Positions 22,694 to 34,282 of a stretch of DNA of 64,000 bases are shown here, piece by piece. Every line of letters starts with the position of its first letter. Positions within the stretch are counted from its first letter, which is position 1. The stretch spans positions 15,158,645 through 15,222,644 of the forward strand of contig OZ316893.1 in assembly GCA_973895155.1 (NCBI GenBank), read 5' to 3'. This stretch comes from Marsupella aquatica. Taxonomy: Eukaryota > Plantae > Marchantiophyta. Position numbers and translations under genes: made by a program. The notes under the pieces were generated by a model. It was given only the letters and a program-made list of their open reading frames with translations. It made no database searches and had not been told where the DNA came from.

Positions 22694-23549
22694 CTTGTTG
22701 CCACATTTGCTAGGTATGATGAGGACCTCAGTCCATTTGCAGTAGTTTTAGTTCATCTTTCTTGGTTTTTAGGGGTTTCTTTTTGCTCACTTCTTTTAGT
22801 TCATCTTTCTTGGTTTTTAGGGTTTCCTTTTACTCGCGTTTGGTTTTGTCCACTTGGGACCTCTCTTGTTTATTCTTTTGTACTCTATTTGGCCTTTTTC
22901 TGTAAAAAGTATGTGTATATTTAGTCTCTAGTGGGAAAAAACAATACTCTCACCCATCACTAAGGTAGCATTATTGTGACGAAGTATTGCAAAGCTTTCT
23001 CTTTATTCCTGCTACGACGGAACTACTCGACGGTCACAGTGATGTGCGGATGCTGACGATTAATTGGAGCCTTCGATATACGTGACAGGCGAACTAGGAC
23101 AGACTCCGGACCAGGCGTGAACCCTCTCTCATTGGGCGATCTTGGTCCCCGGCTCCCGGCCACTTACACTGTAAACGGGAGCTCGTAATCCAGCTTTTTA
23201 ATCGTCACTTGTCAGGATCTCGACGGTCGAAGCCGCGCGTTCAACTTCGGGGCACGATCGGCCGTCAATTCCATCGCACGGAGAGTGTGCTTAGAGGATG
23301 AGTTACGGTGTTAAACCGAGTCGTCCCCCGTAATTTCTTGGCCAAACGTGGTACGTGACGGTGGCCGTGAGAATGCAGGCGGGGCGGTGGAGGGCTCGCA
23401 CTTGTCTCGAGGAATTGGAAGGGAGCTCGTTGAGAGGGAGCTCGTCGAGAGCTTAGAGAGCTCCGAGCCAGAAGACGAGACGAGACCAGACGAGACTTTA
23501 CGAGAGACGAAACGAAAGAGGGAGAGAGAGAGACAGTAGAGGAGCAAGC

Positions 23550-26500
23550 ATGAAGGGTCGTCGATGGACGAGCGGATCGTCAGCTCTCGTCGCTGGATGC
23601 TGCGTCTGGATCTTGGTTTTGGTCCTGGTTCTGGTTCCGACGGGCTCGTATGCTCAAGAGGTATTTGGTGCTTTTTCTTTGTTCATCTGATAAGTTGTAG
23701 GGAGGAATTGGTCGAATTTTTGTCGGTAAACAAGTGGCTGCGGTAGTTCTTGTCGTACTTGATCGGCCGTTTGGCGGTCGTTTTTCAGTGAGATTATAGT
23801 TTTTCAGTGAGATTAGAGTATTATTGGGGAGGGAATTTGATGGCCAGAGTTTCTAGTGTGAACGCGTATTGATTTCATTTTTCCTGGATGATCGTTTTGT
23901 TCACCTGAAAATGGAAATCAAGTCTGTGTGGTGTCCTGTGGCCATTTTTAGTGATTTGTTCCCTCATATGAGATCATCGATTGATGGTAATCTCGGATCT
24001 GCGGCAGCGTCGGGCTTAGAGCTGTCCTGCATTTGCATTACACCATTGTGTTCGCTTTCCTTTTTCGCCGATACGCTCAGGAGAAGTCACGAGAGACTGA
24101 GAGTTCATTTATTAGATAAACTTCTCACGCTGAGCTGAGATCTTGCTTTAGGTCCTTCCCCTAGTCGCAACAGATCTAGAGGGTGCTATTGGATGCGGAA
24201 TGTAAAGTGGCTTTGAAGGGATGAGAACATTGTACATCTTACTTGACGTGCTCGATCTGCTCGTTTTTCGCTGTTGGTCTTACTTTGAACTGATGTGTGT
24301 GATGTCGGAGGACAGAACACTGAGGTGGCAGAGGAGACGGAACAGCTGCTAGCAAATGGTTCGTCTAATCGCCGTGCGAAAGTATGTTAATCAGTCCTAC
24401 CAGATCCGTTTTCCACTGCGTTTGAACTTTGCACTGTATCGACTTCTCTACGTGCTTTGGCTTACGTTCACTTTCATGCTTACGTTTTCCATTATTTTGT
24501 AGCGGGAATGCGCCTTTCACTTGTCGTGCAGCCCCTACTCTCTTCGTATGCAATTTCCAATTTTTTTAGATCTGTGGCTCATACCGCAATTTTCATATCC
24601 TCGTTGCCTTACGTTATCAGGAGCTTTCGTCTGACGGTCTTTCACCATCTAGGGGCACCCTGTCGTTCTAATTGTGCCTTTAAAATACCTACATTATCTC
24701 AGTGCGGCATGAAATTGACCTATAAAAAATACGTCTATTACCTCAGTGGTTAACACACCGCCTTGTCATTTTTGAAATGATCAGAAGTCTCGTCAAACTG
24801 TGTCAGTAACGATCCTCATTACCTGGCTATCATTTTGATTTTCAGTCAGTCTCAAGTTCTTCGCTTGTCAATCTTAGAAACCTTCCGTATATGCTGCAGA
24901 GTTGAGGGTGAGAGAGTTAATGAAAATTCATAAAGATACCTGTCATACCCGGGACTGCTCTTTTTGTCTACCTGCTTTTCGAACCCTTCGAATAGGAGGT
25001 TTGTAGGGTTTCTGGTGGTCATTTTTCAAGCTTGGAATCGATTTTGGCCGTAATCAATCAGATATATGCATCGTGATTGCTCTAAAATCTTTAGAAGGGA
25101 AAGTTCGAACAATTGAGATTTCGTGGTTACTGCGTCTGACAATCCCTCATTGTGATTTACATGCGCATCAGTTCCCAGAAATTACAGAGAAGAGATCGAC
25201 AGATACAGGTGACATTGATGATGTCATTGACGGCGTTAGTAAAACTGTCCCTACAGAAGGCTTGTCTGATGCTTTTGTAACAAGTCTGTCAATCATCCTT
25301 GTGAGCGAGGTAAGGACGGCCCCTAGATTTCACACCCTTGGGAATTTGACTCACATATGATATCTGATGATTGAGTTTATGAGTTCTCAATTTTATACTT
25401 GGTGTTGGTGCAACCTAGCAAGTACTTTCAATGCTAAGACATTGTTGATTTAACTTTGACTGCACAGATTGGTGATGAGACTTTCATTATTGCAGCACTC
25501 ATGGCTATGAGGCATCCACGGGCCATAGTTCTCTCTGGTGCCCTCAGTGCCCTTGTGATAATGACTGTGAGTTTATTACCCTATTGGCCATGGTCCTATT
25601 GTTATTGGCTAGTAGCAGAACTTCCTTGGTCTCACGGCAGCTTGAATCTTGTTGTGATGTTGCGAAATTTGGGTTATTACTTACATTAGCTGCTGTGCTT
25701 GGAAAGATGGGGGGATAGTCCTGGTAGGTACTCATCGGTGGTGGTGATACTGATTGATTACAGGTCCTGTCAACGGGGCTCGGGAGAATCGTTCCAAACC
25801 TTATTTCACGAAAGCACACTAATGCCGCTGCAACAGGTTTTATCCGTGCATTTGCCAATAGACGAAATGACTATTTGCGAGAGGCCTTTCAACTTCGCTT
25901 GCTCGATGTTAGTCCTTGCTTTTCTTGAAAGAAATCTATGTAAATACCTTGACTTGAGGTACGTGGTATAGTTTATATTCATATGCGTTGATTGGCTACA
26001 AAGTCAAGTGGTGTTTGGTATTTTGCTATCCATTCGCGGGTGTGCAGGAATCTGAGACTTTGAGAGAATAACTTGTAGATTTTTCTTTGCAGATGGGATG
26101 TCATTTGATTGTCCCGCAGATAGGATGCCCCAGTAACAAATTGCCAGTTTGATTTCCCTTCGTAATAAACAGTTTTATATATGATTTGGGTTTGTCCCTG
26201 CAGTCTTATACACTTTCTTTGGGGCACGGCTACTCTACATTGCATGGCGAGCTGATCCAAACAATACAGCGCAAAAAGAACTTGAAGAGGTACAAGATCA
26301 TTGCTATTAGTGCTGGAATGTAAAATTTTTCAACCCTGTGAGATTACACATTGTCTAATCTTAGAAATTGTCCTATGTGGATGGATGAAATATGGGGGTG
26401 CATCAGGTTGAGGAGAAGTTGGAAGTAGGCTCTCAAAAGAAGAGCAATCTCCGTCGATTTCTTTCTCGGCTGCTAACACCAATCTTTCTTGAGGTAGGGC

Positions 26501-27180
26501 ACAAAGCTGGATGCGCTCTACATTCTAGTATACACTTGTTTTCCTACAGACCTCTATTCTGAAAATTTAAGTCTCATGTGGATGTGAACTATTTCAGGCT
26601 TTCATTTTAACATTTTTGGCGGAATGGGGAGATCGCAGTCAAATTGCAACAATTGCGGTATGCTAGGGTTGACACCATGTTCATGTTCTTTCCGTTTTAG
26701 TGATAGTGTTACTGGAATATTGCTTCATTCGGTCAGTTTCGTTTTGGTTGTGAACTTGGCCAAAGAAGACTGTCTTTTAAGAATTCAGTTAGGGAAGTTG
26801 TGAGAGATGCGATGATTGACCGCATGGTATTTTGAGGAACTGTAAGCAGCTGAAATACCTGAAAGGCAAAGGTCTATGTTGTGGTATGTTTTTATTCATT
26901 TACAGCTTCTTCAAGTTTTGAGGTATAGCATGAAAGACAATTGTTTTGTCAGCTGAGAAGTATCTGAGTTATTGTCTTTTGTGATGTGCAGTTAGCCTCG
27001 CACAAAAATGCGGTTGGGGTAACAATAGGTGCGGCAATAGGTCACACCATTTGCACCTCTGTGGCAGTTGTTGGTGGTCGCCTTCTGGCATTAAGGATAT
27101 CGCAACGTACAGTTGCCACCATTGGAGGCTTGCTATTCCTTTGTTTTGCACTCACTTCCTATTTTTACCCTCCCTTGTAG
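23550..27180 (+). CDS. GDT1: GDT1/UPF0016-family Ca2+/Mn2+ transporter with signal peptide, similar to Arabidopsis GDT1-like 3 (PML3/BICAT3)
   Basis: Nine GT-AG exons in frame: 23550-23660, 24316-24381, 25172-25309, 25468-25566, 25764-25836, 26204-26289, 26407-26493, 26598-26657, 26992-27180. Motifs SEIGDETF and AEWGDRSQ, C-terminus SYFYPPL. Exon 2 is the least certain. Confidence 0.95.
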
Positions 27181-28511
27181 AGATATTCTCCAATGCTTTT
27201 TAAAATTTAAGGGAATTGCTAAATTACAGTGGATCAGAGAAGCCCTAAAGTCTTCCATATGTCGGCTGTCTTTCTAGGCTTCATTAGCCCAATTTTAGCT
27301 GTTTGTAAATCATCAAATCAGAAGGTTTCTGAGCCTGGAAGTAAACCAACATCAATTTTGCTCTGATTTCTAGCTTGAAAATTTGTAGCATAGGATCATT
27401 CATTCTTTCTTAAGGCCAAAATCTTGGCCCAGTTCCTTTCTCACAGGAAAAAGGTCTTTTACTAGCCTGCAGCCTCTTCGCAATGTCTCCACACTAAAGC
27501 AGGGGAGACGTGATGTTTGAAGCTGGTTCGCATTTCGAGCTGTGACGGCGACACTTTGTTCGTATTTCTCCATCTAGCCACATAGTGAAGTACAAGCATA
27601 TTCTGGAGAAGATGGGCCAATGTCATTGACGCCTGATGTGTGTACAGTGCTGGGCCACCGCAAATCCTTTGATAACTGATGCTGAGCTGCTCAGCATGTG
27701 CATTGTCCATAACTAGGAATCTCTTCCAGCATTGTTCTACATATTTGTGCAAGAAGTCTACTGTGAAGGTTCCATCTGATAACATAGATTATTCGAAAAG
27801 TTTATCCAAATGGCCGATTGACGATTGTCTTCTTTTATTGGCAGAGGTTGTCATAATTTAACGACCAGATGACCAGTTACCCTGTTTTTGTGAGTGCTCT
27901 CTCATCCAGATTTGAAGGGATGTCGCAACTGAATTTTCAGATCACGAGGAACGCACACAGTGAAAACTATTTGAGAGGGCAAGTTTCAATATGAGCCGTG
28001 TACTCTGGGCAGTCGTTTTGTCGTGTTTGAACCAGTTCTCAAAAATTCTGCACCAGTGCGATCAGCGAGGATTGTTCCCCTTCCTTTCACCTTTAGCAGA
28101 TTCTCAGGAAATTCATTTGACTTTCTGGAGCACTCGCGGGATTGACTTTGGAGGAAAATTTCTTTTTCATCCGCTGTAAGGAGCTTTAGGGTTATAGCTT
28201 TACGAGTTTTTTGAGTAGCGCTTCACGAAAAAATAGAATAACTCAACCCTTAGCTCCTCAAAGAATTGCAGATAAGCTCTTGATTCCACACTTGTGCTTT
28301 GGGTAGGGAGTCCATATGCTACGCAACTACTCATTTTCACACATTCCCAAAATTTTCTGAAGGGGAGGGGTAAAGTTTGTATGGTCTGTGCCCCCTTCAT
28401 GATCGGGTCTATCTTGATTGAGGAACAATATTTAGGTCCCTTGTAATCATGTGTTTTCTTGGGACTCCTGTAAATCCTGGGTGCAAGAGGGTCGTTCATG
28501 AAGTGTATTCT

Positions 28512-28825
28512 TTTTTTGTCTTGAACGGAAATGGGGAGGAAATACAATTAGACTCCCCCCATCCCAATGTGACAGTTTTTCTGTAGGGAACCCAGACCAG
28601 GGTGAGCCCCAATGGATCCGACAGGGACCCGCACCAGGAAGGAGAGAGGATTAAATCAGGGCCACAAAGTGGACGACCAGGGGCCGAGCAGATAATCAGA
28701 ACTCCAATCCACTACCCACAAAACCCATCCCACCCACACACAAATACCTTCCACACCCCAGTGTGTGGAGGGGGGATTGAACCTGGGACCTCTCAGTTCC
28801 AGGCAAATCCCCTAGCCAATTGACC
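28512..28825 (-). mobile_element. tRNA-derived SINE
   Basis: 16-bp TSD TCATGAAGTGTATTCT (28496-28511, 28826-28841). Minus-strand head GGTCAATTGGCTAGGGG...GAGGTCCCAGGTTCAATCCCC with A-box-like and B-box motifs, and a short A tail. Confidence 0.85.
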
Positions 28826-30337
28826 TCATGAAGTGTATTCTGCACAGGCTTCATGAGAGTTTCATTTTGTTCGTTTGGGACACGATCCTTGATGAACTGT
28901 AATCCTTGAAAGTTCAAGCATCTGCCTAGGCTTTAAGAAGCCGCCCATTTGTTCGGAGTACCGACTTTTGATAAGAGCGACAACCTTCAGTCATGCACTT
29001 GTCGTACTAAAGTTCCTTATACTTGCAGTGAATCATTGCATGGTCACACATCTTCAATTATCCTTTGCCTCAGGATTGTAGACTCCAAGTAAGAAGCTTG
29101 AATGGGTGCAAAATAAATGATTCTTAACATGGATCCATCAAATTTACCCAAAGTTTGGTCTGTCAACTCAAAAGGAAGACGACAAATTTAGATATAGGAC
29201 AACTTTGCCTCTTTTATCCCTCGCTAGGCCCCTGGTCCACAGATCAACCATTGTCCTGGAATTCTATAAGATTGTCAGAGGAACTTGCAAAAATATACAT
29301 CCCAAGGACTCGCCACCCTTGTTTACATGGTCCCACAATGGTGCATATGGCAAATCAAAACTCTGTACAGTGAGTTGTTACAATGCCTTGTTTCTTGTCC
29401 ACTCATTCTAGTGCCAATCCTCAACGCCACTCCATAACTAAATATTACTCATCACCAATGAATAAGTGTGGATATGTGGAATGATTGTGGAATGATTGTC
29501 TGCATCCCAACCCCATATGCACGTTGCAACCTAGATAAGTGAAGCCTACTGATTAAACATGGAAAGGGTGGTGAGGGATGACTAAGCGTCATATTTGAAC
29601 GGGTGAAGATTTGCTTAGAAGCTGGGCATTATAGGTTCACACTGAGGTTAAAGTTAACATTGGTAATGTGAATCCAACAAAAGCAAGTTACTACTGTAGA
29701 AGATATTAATCTCATTAAGCATCCATTTCTCACGTCATCTGAGCTGCCATCTTGCAATTCAGAACAAACCTAAACTCAAGTATGCATAATCAGAAAGGTT
29801 TCAAACATGGGCATTAAGAGTTTGGATCCTACCAGAACCTGCATTCCAAGAGTCAGCAAAAATCTATAGAACTCATCTACTACAATTAGTGTGGTCCACA
29901 CTAATTTCACTAGACGCCACTGTGTTTCCAGACTTCAATTTAGGGCAGTTATGGATGGCACCTATCCACTCTACTTCCATTCCGCACTTACGAAATTTTT
30001 GTGGGTGAGGAGGTAGTGTAGATTAGCTTGAACCTCAAATAACACCAAGCAAGCATCCAGAAAATGATATCACACTCTGCTCTGGTACACTTTTAAGAGA
30101 CTAACACTTAACGCACAGTTGCAAAGAGGACGCTGTCCCCAGATGGGATAAATGGTCTCCCCACGATGTGACTCAACTATATTAGGTCACCTTTATGTTT
30201 ATGTACATTATGACTTTAGAAGGTCAACGACAAAAGCTATGATCATTAATCTGGAGGCAGAACCATAGTATAGGATGCATGGAGAATCGGTGTCATTGTT
30301 GTGCCCTCTCAATCTTCTCACCCACAACCTGACCCTA

Positions 30338-31792
30338 TCTATAACTATAATACTTAATCCTCGGGGTCCTCACTTTTTTTCTTCCGACCAATCACACGCG
30401 AATAAATATAGGATTTTTTATTGGGTTTAGTGAAATACTTTTAAATTTTTGTTGGAAAACATTAGAGTTATTTTAATCCAATTTTGAGAATTAGAAGAAT
30501 AATAGGGTTTTTAAAATCAAATGTGGGAATATTCCATTAAGTTAGGGGTAACAAAATTCCTAAAAAAAACTTTTATTGACTTAAGTTTTAGGGTGTTTAT
30601 TCCCCCAAAACTTAGCACGTGATATGCGACACTCCTTGGATTGAGGCCCCCGAGACTTAATCCAGCCCAGTTTTGTACTTCATCCCTTTATGAATTCACA
30701 TTTGGGTGGGATTGATTCTAGATAGTCGGATCATGTCATCACATTTTCCTGACCTTTGATCATGATAAATGGGGTGAGTCTTGCACTTACAAGGCCCCTG
30801 CCTTGGCTGTACTCCATGCTAAGAGTACAGTTTGCCATCCATAGATGGCAAGGACTGTACCCCGTGCCACAGGCCAACCCTGTGTCCTCTACTGCCACCT
30901 TGCCCATACCACCTGACAAGGACAGTACTTAGCTGTATGCTCTCCTTGCATTTGGAATTTCTGTACTATACTGCCAAAAATGAGAAGCTGGGCACACGGA
31001 AGCAATGGATGAGGCAGGAGGAGAGAAGAATTTAAAGTGTAAATTTGACCAAGTTGTAAATTCTATAGTTTTCAATTCACATGTCCCCTTGATCTATCCA
31101 TAGTTGTATAACTTTATTCTGGGTGCAAACTAGCTGCTTACTTTATCAAGATAGAGTGAATTAAAATTGATATTTGAATAGTTCAAAATGAAAAAATCAA
31201 TATTCTTATAGTACACTTTTTAATGAACAAATAAACCAAAATACTTTTTGTAATTAGCTTGGCATTTTTTAACTTCTATAATATGCAATGCCGACAATAA
31301 GCTTTTTCGTATACTACCTGAGCCATCAGATTTTTTAAAAATAAATTATCTACTCTTGGATTGATTGACCAGGAGTGTCAAATGATATATTTCTCTTTAT
31401 AATAGATATTGAGTACATGAGATGATTCTTGGGTGATATTACCTAATATGTGAGCTCCCTTGACATCTTTTCTCTCCACAACAACTTTTCTCTTCTCAAC
31501 CTTTTCTATCACCTCGGGGGCGTCACTCTAAAGGAAGTCTCATAACACAATCGACGTTTTTAGCTATTAAAACACCCTAAAAATATTAGAAAAAAAAATT
31601 GAGGCAATTTTCTATCCCTGTATTTGTGGATCCCTGGGTCTATACCTCAATATCTTTTCTCTCCTCTACATGTTTTATCACCTTGATATCTTTTCTCTCC
31701 TCAACATCTTTTGCTTCCTTTGACATCATTGGTCTCCTCGACATCTTTTAACACCTTGGCATCTTTTGTGCAACGCACGGACATTGGGCTAG
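30338..31792 (+). mobile_element. Non-autonomous Helitron
   Basis: 5' A|TCTATAACTATAATAC. 3' GTGCAACGCACGGACATTGGGCTAG|T, the canonical plant Helitron hairpin plus CTAG. Subterminal GACATCTTTT repeats. Pairing of the two ends is inferred. Confidence 0.7.
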
Positions 31793-32429
31793 TAGTTCCA
31801 TAAAAGCAAAGCATGGTGAAAAAGGGTCTTGTGTGTTAAGTTTGATATTTGTTTTTTGTTGCATATATTATGGACTAACCCTCACATCAACACATTATAT
31901 TACCTTATCACATATGGTATGTAGTCACACCTAAGCATGTAGTGTATTGTGAACCTCACTTCAAAACATTATGCCTTATCAAATATTTTATATCATCATG
32001 ACACCCTTAGTGAGCTTCAATAATTCTACCTTGTTGACGCCACCCACCCTGATTTGTTCTATCCATCCAGGCTCTAAAACACCACTGAAAATTTTGCTGT
32101 TTCTTAGGTCACCAGGTGTTTGTCCTTGTGCATACTTAGATATATAACAAAAGCAACTGGAGTTCCTCAAGAGCTATGGGAACAATTACACTTGTGGACC
32201 AACCACTTAGTGAAGTATGGGTCTCCCGTACCTGTTATGGTGTCTCTAAGTTTGCCAATACTAGGATAATGTCTTCCCACAACTCAAGAGTGATAGAAAG
32301 ACCCATAAAAGTTGTTGGAGCTGATCTTTCGCTATTGTAGAGAAAGCCCGCGGGCTCAACATTTATGCAATAACCTTAGGTGTGAATCCGGAACTCCAAA
32401 AAGTTGCGATTGAAGGCATGTGGGCTTTG

Positions 32430-32749
32430 TGACACTTAGATATTTACTCGTAGGGTCTAGAGTAACGACTAGTACTGTAGTTTCAAGGTTGCTAGGTTAA
32501 CTGTGTTACATACTATATACACAAGCAAGACGTGCTCACTTGTGAAAAGAACCTAGGCTCATTCTTAGGGAACCACTTGAGAGATACTCAGAGCTTGTGT
32601 CCGTGTGAACTTGGTATGGTCAACGGGCCTAGACTACAATAAAGCTTTTGTGTGTTCCCGTGTACATAGTCTCATCAGAAATGAACCACGTATTTGTTTG
32701 TTAGATTGGCACATGTACGTGTCGTTGTGAGCAATGTCTTTACTCAACA
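32430..32749 (+). mobile_element. Diverged solo LTR of the copia family
   Basis: TG...CTCAACA with perfect TSD CTTTG. Aligns to the reverse complement of 52573-52993 (GGCTCATT, CCACTTGAGAGATA, TGTGTGTTCCCGTG, GAACCACGTAT). Confidence 0.85.
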
Positions 32750-33490
32750 CTTTGGGCGTGACATGATGGTGGTTGTTGCATTAAGGGTGATTGTTGATCG
32801 AGAGTGAAGGATAATTGATATGTCTCGTCAGACTGAGGTGAGGACTTAACCCCTGCCTTATTGGGTAGAGCAAAGCTACCTCCCCCCATTCTTAAAAACC
32901 TTAATTGGGTCCCATAGCCAAAGTTATAGGATAAACCATTATCTCTCTAGCCTTCACCCATGGCCTAGCTCTGAGATGGGCTAATACTTGCAACTACTCG
33001 TTATGGGATAAGATGAGAGGGTCACCATATGCATAACTCACCTAGACATGGTGTTTGGAGACAAGCTGGGGATGGTAACCAGGGTCTCCCCCTCACTTTG
33101 GGGCTAACCACCCCCAATTGCCACATCTCCTCGGGGTTGCATGGCCCTCTCGCCACCCTAAGCCTCTCCTAGTCACCTATTGCGGGAGAAACTTTAGGTT
33201 TACGGAACTTGGCCTCTATCTGCCCTGCGCTCACTTACCGGCCGCAGCCGGTAAAAGTTAGGGTAAACCTTCGACGCCGCACCGTCGGCACCCGGTCGAC
33301 TGCCGGTCGACGGACCAAGCGGTCGAGGTTCAGGACTTCACGTTCGCGGCCCCTTTTAGGGCAGATCCGCCGCGCAGTGTAACCTCTTCTCACTGGAGTT
33401 CTCTCGACAGTCTCTTTCCACTACTCCTCTCCTTCGACGGAAGGACGCATCCCGACGCTCCAAGTTTGATTGGCGTTTCGCTTCTCCACC

Positions 33491-34282
33491 ATGAGGGATA
33501 AGGTATGGTCACAGCTCGCAGAAACTCGTCTCGTTTCTTGAGGTTCTTACTCTTCCTCTCGTGTTTAGTGTTCCGAGATCGTTGTGGACCTGTTAACTGT
33601 TCTCTTTGAGGCGGTTACTGCCGCTGCTGCTTTTCTCGGATCTGATCGGCCTTTCTGTTCTCCAAGATGAGGGATAAGGTGTGTTGTCACGGTGTCTGGC
33701 TGTTATCGATGTTTGTTCTTTGAGCGGATGTGCCGTCACCGGACCTCGATTTCTTTGGCTCGTTTTATCCATTTATGTCGGGACTTCGAAGTGTTAGGGC
33801 GACTTGAGACTATAGTGGTGTTAGTGCTTATGGGTGTCTGTGTTGCTACTATGTGCGTCCCAGAAGGTTTACGTCTTCAACAGGGAAGATGACGTCTAGT
33901 GCTGTTTCTTTGTCCTTTCCTAGTGCCCGATTGAGGTTTAGGTTGATGATAACGTTAGTCTTGCTCAGCTTGCTCTTTCTGTAATGGAGCTCCCTTTCCC
34001 TCTTCTTTCTATAGCAATCGTTTGCTTCGCGAAGAATTCTATCTCGAGGCTACGGCGTTCAGTTGGCGAGGTTTGTTGTTGTCTTGGAACGAGTTCGTTG
34101 TTACGGTAGTCTGGTTGGTTCATCCTAGAACTACTGCGTCCGCTGAATGCCTAGGTCATTGTTTTGCAGGCTTTTGTTTCGCAATGAATGTGTCCTGACG
34201 ATTCTGTCTGTTGCAGTGGAAGAAGAAACGTATGAGGCGGCTGAAGCGCAAGAGAAGGAAAATGAGACAACGCTCGAAGTAG
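33491..34282 (+). CDS. RPL41: Ribosomal protein eL41 (25 aa)
   Basis: ATGAGGGATAAG|GT (33491-33502, repeated at 33667-33678) spliced to AG|34217-34282 gives [25 protein letters not shown]. Canonical plant eL41 is [25 protein letters not shown]. Confidence 0.95.

Noticed and set aside
27400-30300. Possible minus-strand gene downstream of GDT1 (ORFs 27462-27785, 28200-28547)
   Set aside because: No recognisable domain, stops in candidate exons and a SINE insertion. No consistent model could be built.
33680-34216. Intronic C/D snoRNA in RPL41 (TGATGA near 33944)
   Set aside because: No well-placed D box with a terminal stem or identifiable rRNA guide.
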